From the IMG/VR virus record IMGVR_UViG_3300013426_000001, positions 74,524-138,523 of that record: a DNA stretch of 64,000 nt. One strand, written 5' to 3'. Under the pieces are notes generated by a model. The model saw nothing but the letters and a program-made list of their open reading frames with translations. It was not told the DNA's origin and searched no databases. This DNA is from a virus. Lineage: Duplodnaviria; Caudoviricetes. A program made the position numbers and the translations under genes. How positions within the stretch are numbered: the stretch's first letter is position 1; each line of letters starts with the position of its first letter. Shown piece after piece: positions 61,222 through 64,000 of the stretch.

Positions 61222-62892
61222 ATGCCAGTTTTGCAAAATTTATACCAGATTTATAAATTACCGTCTGGTTTAATTGTAAAAAGTGATTTAAAGCTCGAAA
61301 ATTACACCCGAAAACGTGCAATTCAGGACGGAAACCTCGTAAGCGTCGGCGACAATATGGTTTTTTACAAAATCCGCGATTATTACGGCGATACAAGAAG
61401 TCATCAGGAGATTTTCGATACGGTCCAAAATCTGCGAACGACGCTTCGAATTTGCAAAAGAGAAGGAAAAATACTCGAAGGTCACATTGTGAATCAGCAA
61501 ATTCAAGACATCCTTTTTGTAAAAGATATAATTGTAGTTGTTTGCGAAAAGAAGTCCGAATATCTCAAAATCGGTATGAAAGGTTTTGAGGTGAACGGAA
61601 TTCGATATACGCGACTTTGTGCGGGTGCGGGAAACTTACGTCGAAACAGCGCGATTTACGTTAATGAAAAGCTTTACCCATATCTTTACGAAGCGTTTAT
61701 GTGCGGGCTTGCCGATAAACTTAAAGAAGCGGTTCTCCCGAAGTTGGGTGCATATTTTGCACTTTCCTTTTCGTCGGTTTTGTGGGTTAGAACACCGCGA
61801 GTTTGTGTAATTAAAGATTTCGAAACTACACTCCAAAATCAGAACGTTGATTTCATTTGCCGAAAAGAAGAGCTCGGCGAAGATCAAAAACCGCGAACGA
61901 AGCACTACATCGAAAAGCGTGTAATGGATTTAACTCTTAATAGCGCGGACGGGCAAGGTTTAGTAGACCCCGAATTCAGCAAGTTGTGGGCGGAAGATAT
62001 GCAACTCGATTACATTCCATCTTCGTTTGTTGTGAGAAGTTCGTTCGTAAAAGGAAATCTCGTCCCATTTGATTTTAAGGCTTATGCGACCGAACACGGA
62101 ATTGATAAAATTAAGGATAGATGGGGTGTTGAGTACCCATTGAATGAAATTGATGTTTTATTAAGTGAATCGCAGTTCAAAGAATACAAGGAATATTCCA
62201 GCTGGCAGGAGTATTTGTATTACTTCAACAAATATAAGCTTCGTTGGGGCGTGGCTCGCTACAATAAGAAGCACGACGACGAATATGTTTTGGCGAATTA
62301 CCAATATATTCAGGCGCTCAGTCTTTCGAAGGAAGATATCCACGGGTTGATACAGCCAACAATTGATTGGATAAAAGGCGTTTGCTCGGGTGACGACTTA
62401 TACAGTCTTTTGTTTATGTTTGGTGGGAAAAGCGAAGATGTGACTTACGAGCGAATGTATTCATCAGCGCAATCGACTTTTATGAAAGCGATTGTGAAAA
62501 ACAACGAAATGCTGAAAGATGCGCACGTTCAGCGGAAGATTTACAAGAATATCGTTGAATGTATAAATCGTGCAAAGATAGGAAAGATTTGGGTGAGAGG
62601 AAATTATCAGTTTATGATTTCCGACCCGATAGCACAGTGTCGATCGGCGTTGGGATTGCCTGTAAAAGGTGAAGTTCCAGCCGAACACGTTTGGTCGAAT
62701 TTTTGGAATGAGCGACGAATTGAGGGTTATGTTGACTGCTGTCGTTCGCCTATGATCGATGTTAGCGAGCATAACCCGTCGAAGTTATATAAAAGTGAAA
62801 CCACGGAAAAGTGGTATCAATATATAAAGAGTGGTTTGGTGTACAGTATATATGATGTTGCGACATTCAAGCACTCGGATTCTGATTTCGAT
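61222..62892 (+). CDS. YonO-like (RdRP-related) DNA-dependent RNA polymerase, exon 1
   Basis: ADGQG, VRSSFVKG, ANYQYIQ, CRSP, ends SDFD at intron. Confidence 0.8.
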
Positions 62893-64000
62893 AAACAATT
62901 GTCGAAGTAAAAAATGGTGAACCAACAGAGTTGGGTGTCGAAACAACGATAGGAACAATAGGAAATGATTGTTAGTGTTTCGGCTAACAGGGGAAGCCTT
63001 AACGTAAAGACGATGGTAATCCTGTGGTAATATCTTAAAATTCTAATAGAGCGTATAAAAATAAATAATAAGGAGGTGAGATGATTGCCTACATTTAAAG
63101 ACTTAACTGGAAAAATTTTTGGGAATGTTGAGATAAACAAATATCTTGGCGGAAGTAAATGGGAATGTACTTGTTTGAATTGTGGTAAAACTGTTATAAA
63201 GACAACTGTTCAGGCTAAACTCGGTGGCAAATGTGCTAATTGTTATAAGAATTCTATTAATGAAGATTATTTTTCTTCTATAAATACGCCTGATAAGGCT
63301 TACTATCTTGGTTTTTTATGGGCGGATGGATATTGTAGTATAAAACATCAAGTTTTAAAAATAGACCTTCAAGAAGAAGACAGAGAATTGTTAGAAAAAA
63401 TGAAGGCTGATTGGGATTATAGTGGAAACATTACTTTTTATACAGCGAAGCTTGGGAAAAGTTACCGTAGCAAAGAAAGTCAAGTGTTTAGAATTGCAAT
63501 AAAACCTATTAAGTTTATAGAAAAAGTTTACAAACTTGGTGTAACTCCACACAGAGAAAAAGCCTCTTTCCCATATGATAAAGTATCAGAAAAATATTAT
63601 AAAGATTTTATTAGAGGATATTTTGATGGAAATGGTAGTATTAGTGTTGATTGCGGCTGCGTAGATATATGTGGCGGTACTAAAATACTGCAAGACATCG
63701 GAGATATATTAATATCTAATGGGTTTAAGTGTAATTATCATTATCGTAGACCTGAAAATAAAGACAATATAATGTTATATGTTCGCGGTAAACGCGATGA
63801 ACGAAGAGAGTTTTTGGACTGGATATATAAGGACGCTCGTGTATATTTGGAAAGAAAATATAAAAAATATTTAGAATTTTAAGATAAACTCAAACGACTA
63901 TCCCTTGGCTTTAAGCAATAGGAGTAGGGCCGTTGCGAAACGGTGGGAGAAAACCCCTTAAATCGAAGTGCCATTCATAGATGATATAGTCTAAGCCCCT
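62893..64000 (+). mobile_element. group I intron (3' end outside window)
   Basis: P1 TTCGAT/GTCGAA with U-G at splice site, P3 AATGGTG/TGCCATT, P7 GACTA/TAGTC. Confidence 0.9.
63085..63882 (+). CDS. intron-encoded LAGLIDADG homing endonuclease
   Basis: YYLGFLWADG and FIRGYFDGNG; N-terminal DLTGKIFG..WECTCLNCG; AGGAGG-TTG. Confidence 0.9.
   Translation: MPTFKDLTGKIFGNVEINKYLGGSKWECTCLNCGKTVIKTTVQAKLGGKCANCYKNSINEDYFSSINTPDKAYYLGFLWADGYCSIKHQVLKIDLQEEDRELLEKMKADWDYSGNITFYTAKLGKSYRSKESQVFRIAIKPIKFIEKVYKLGVTPHREKASFPYDKVSEKYYKDFIRGYFDGNGSISVDCGCVDICGGTKILQDIGDILISNGFKCNYHYRRPENKDNIMLYVRGKRDERREFLDWIYKDARVYLERKYKKYLEF

Noticed and set aside
1431-63140. Many antisense and overlapping ORFs in the supplied track (e.g. 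2429, 7202, 16070, 38433, 43526, 48563)
   Set aside because: Shadows of genes on the other strand or of low-complexity DNA; no RBS or recognisable motifs
1-64000. CRISPR array
   Set aside because: No regularly spaced 25-40 nt repeats with unique spacers seen
1-64000. Stop-codon reassignment
   Set aside because: Long genes are intact in code 11, TAG and TGA end genes at sensible places, no suppressor tRNA; the in-frame TAA at 12757 is isolated

Overview
This window is part of a large, AT-rich tailed phage genome, most likely infecting a Bacillota (Clostridia-like) host. It has 23 consensus TTGACA-N17/18-TATA(A/C)T promoters, GGAGG RBSs and an SPbeta-like replication/transcription set; no virion structural genes were recognised. 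Layout: (1) 1-32.5 kb, + strand: DNA metabolism and many small ORFs, including tnpB, a vWA + divergent adenylosuccinate synthetase triad, YopX, DNA methyltransferases, RuvC-like resolvase, HNH-SF2 helicase, DenV-like glycosylase, SSB-like, ERF, DnaB, RecD2 and HPr-like. (2) 20.5-23.6 kb, an RNA island nested within that block: a ~700-nt structured ncRNA candidate, four tRNAs (Ser, Gln, Pro, Thr; three non-canonical), an intact TnpB whose omegaRNA has its own promoter, a 164-nt tRNA-like RNA, and a two-copy post-tRNA RNA motif. (3) 33-39.5 kb: a putative origin/Rep region carrying 20 copies of CCGCCGCC in both orientations. (4) 39.7-52.3 kb, - strand: small, often acidic early-type genes, three tandem 21-23 aa hydrophobic peptides and an MTase + DUF262-HNH pair; possibly a terminal repeat. 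(5) 52.7-64 kb: M.HaeIII-like C5 MTase, phosphoesterase, ThyX, PhoH, ClpP, a second ncRNA candidate, nucleotide enzymes, and a YonO-like RNA polymerase interrupted in its DxDGD motif by a group I intron with a LAGLIDADG endonuclease. All calls come from reading the sequence and motif recall; no searches were run.
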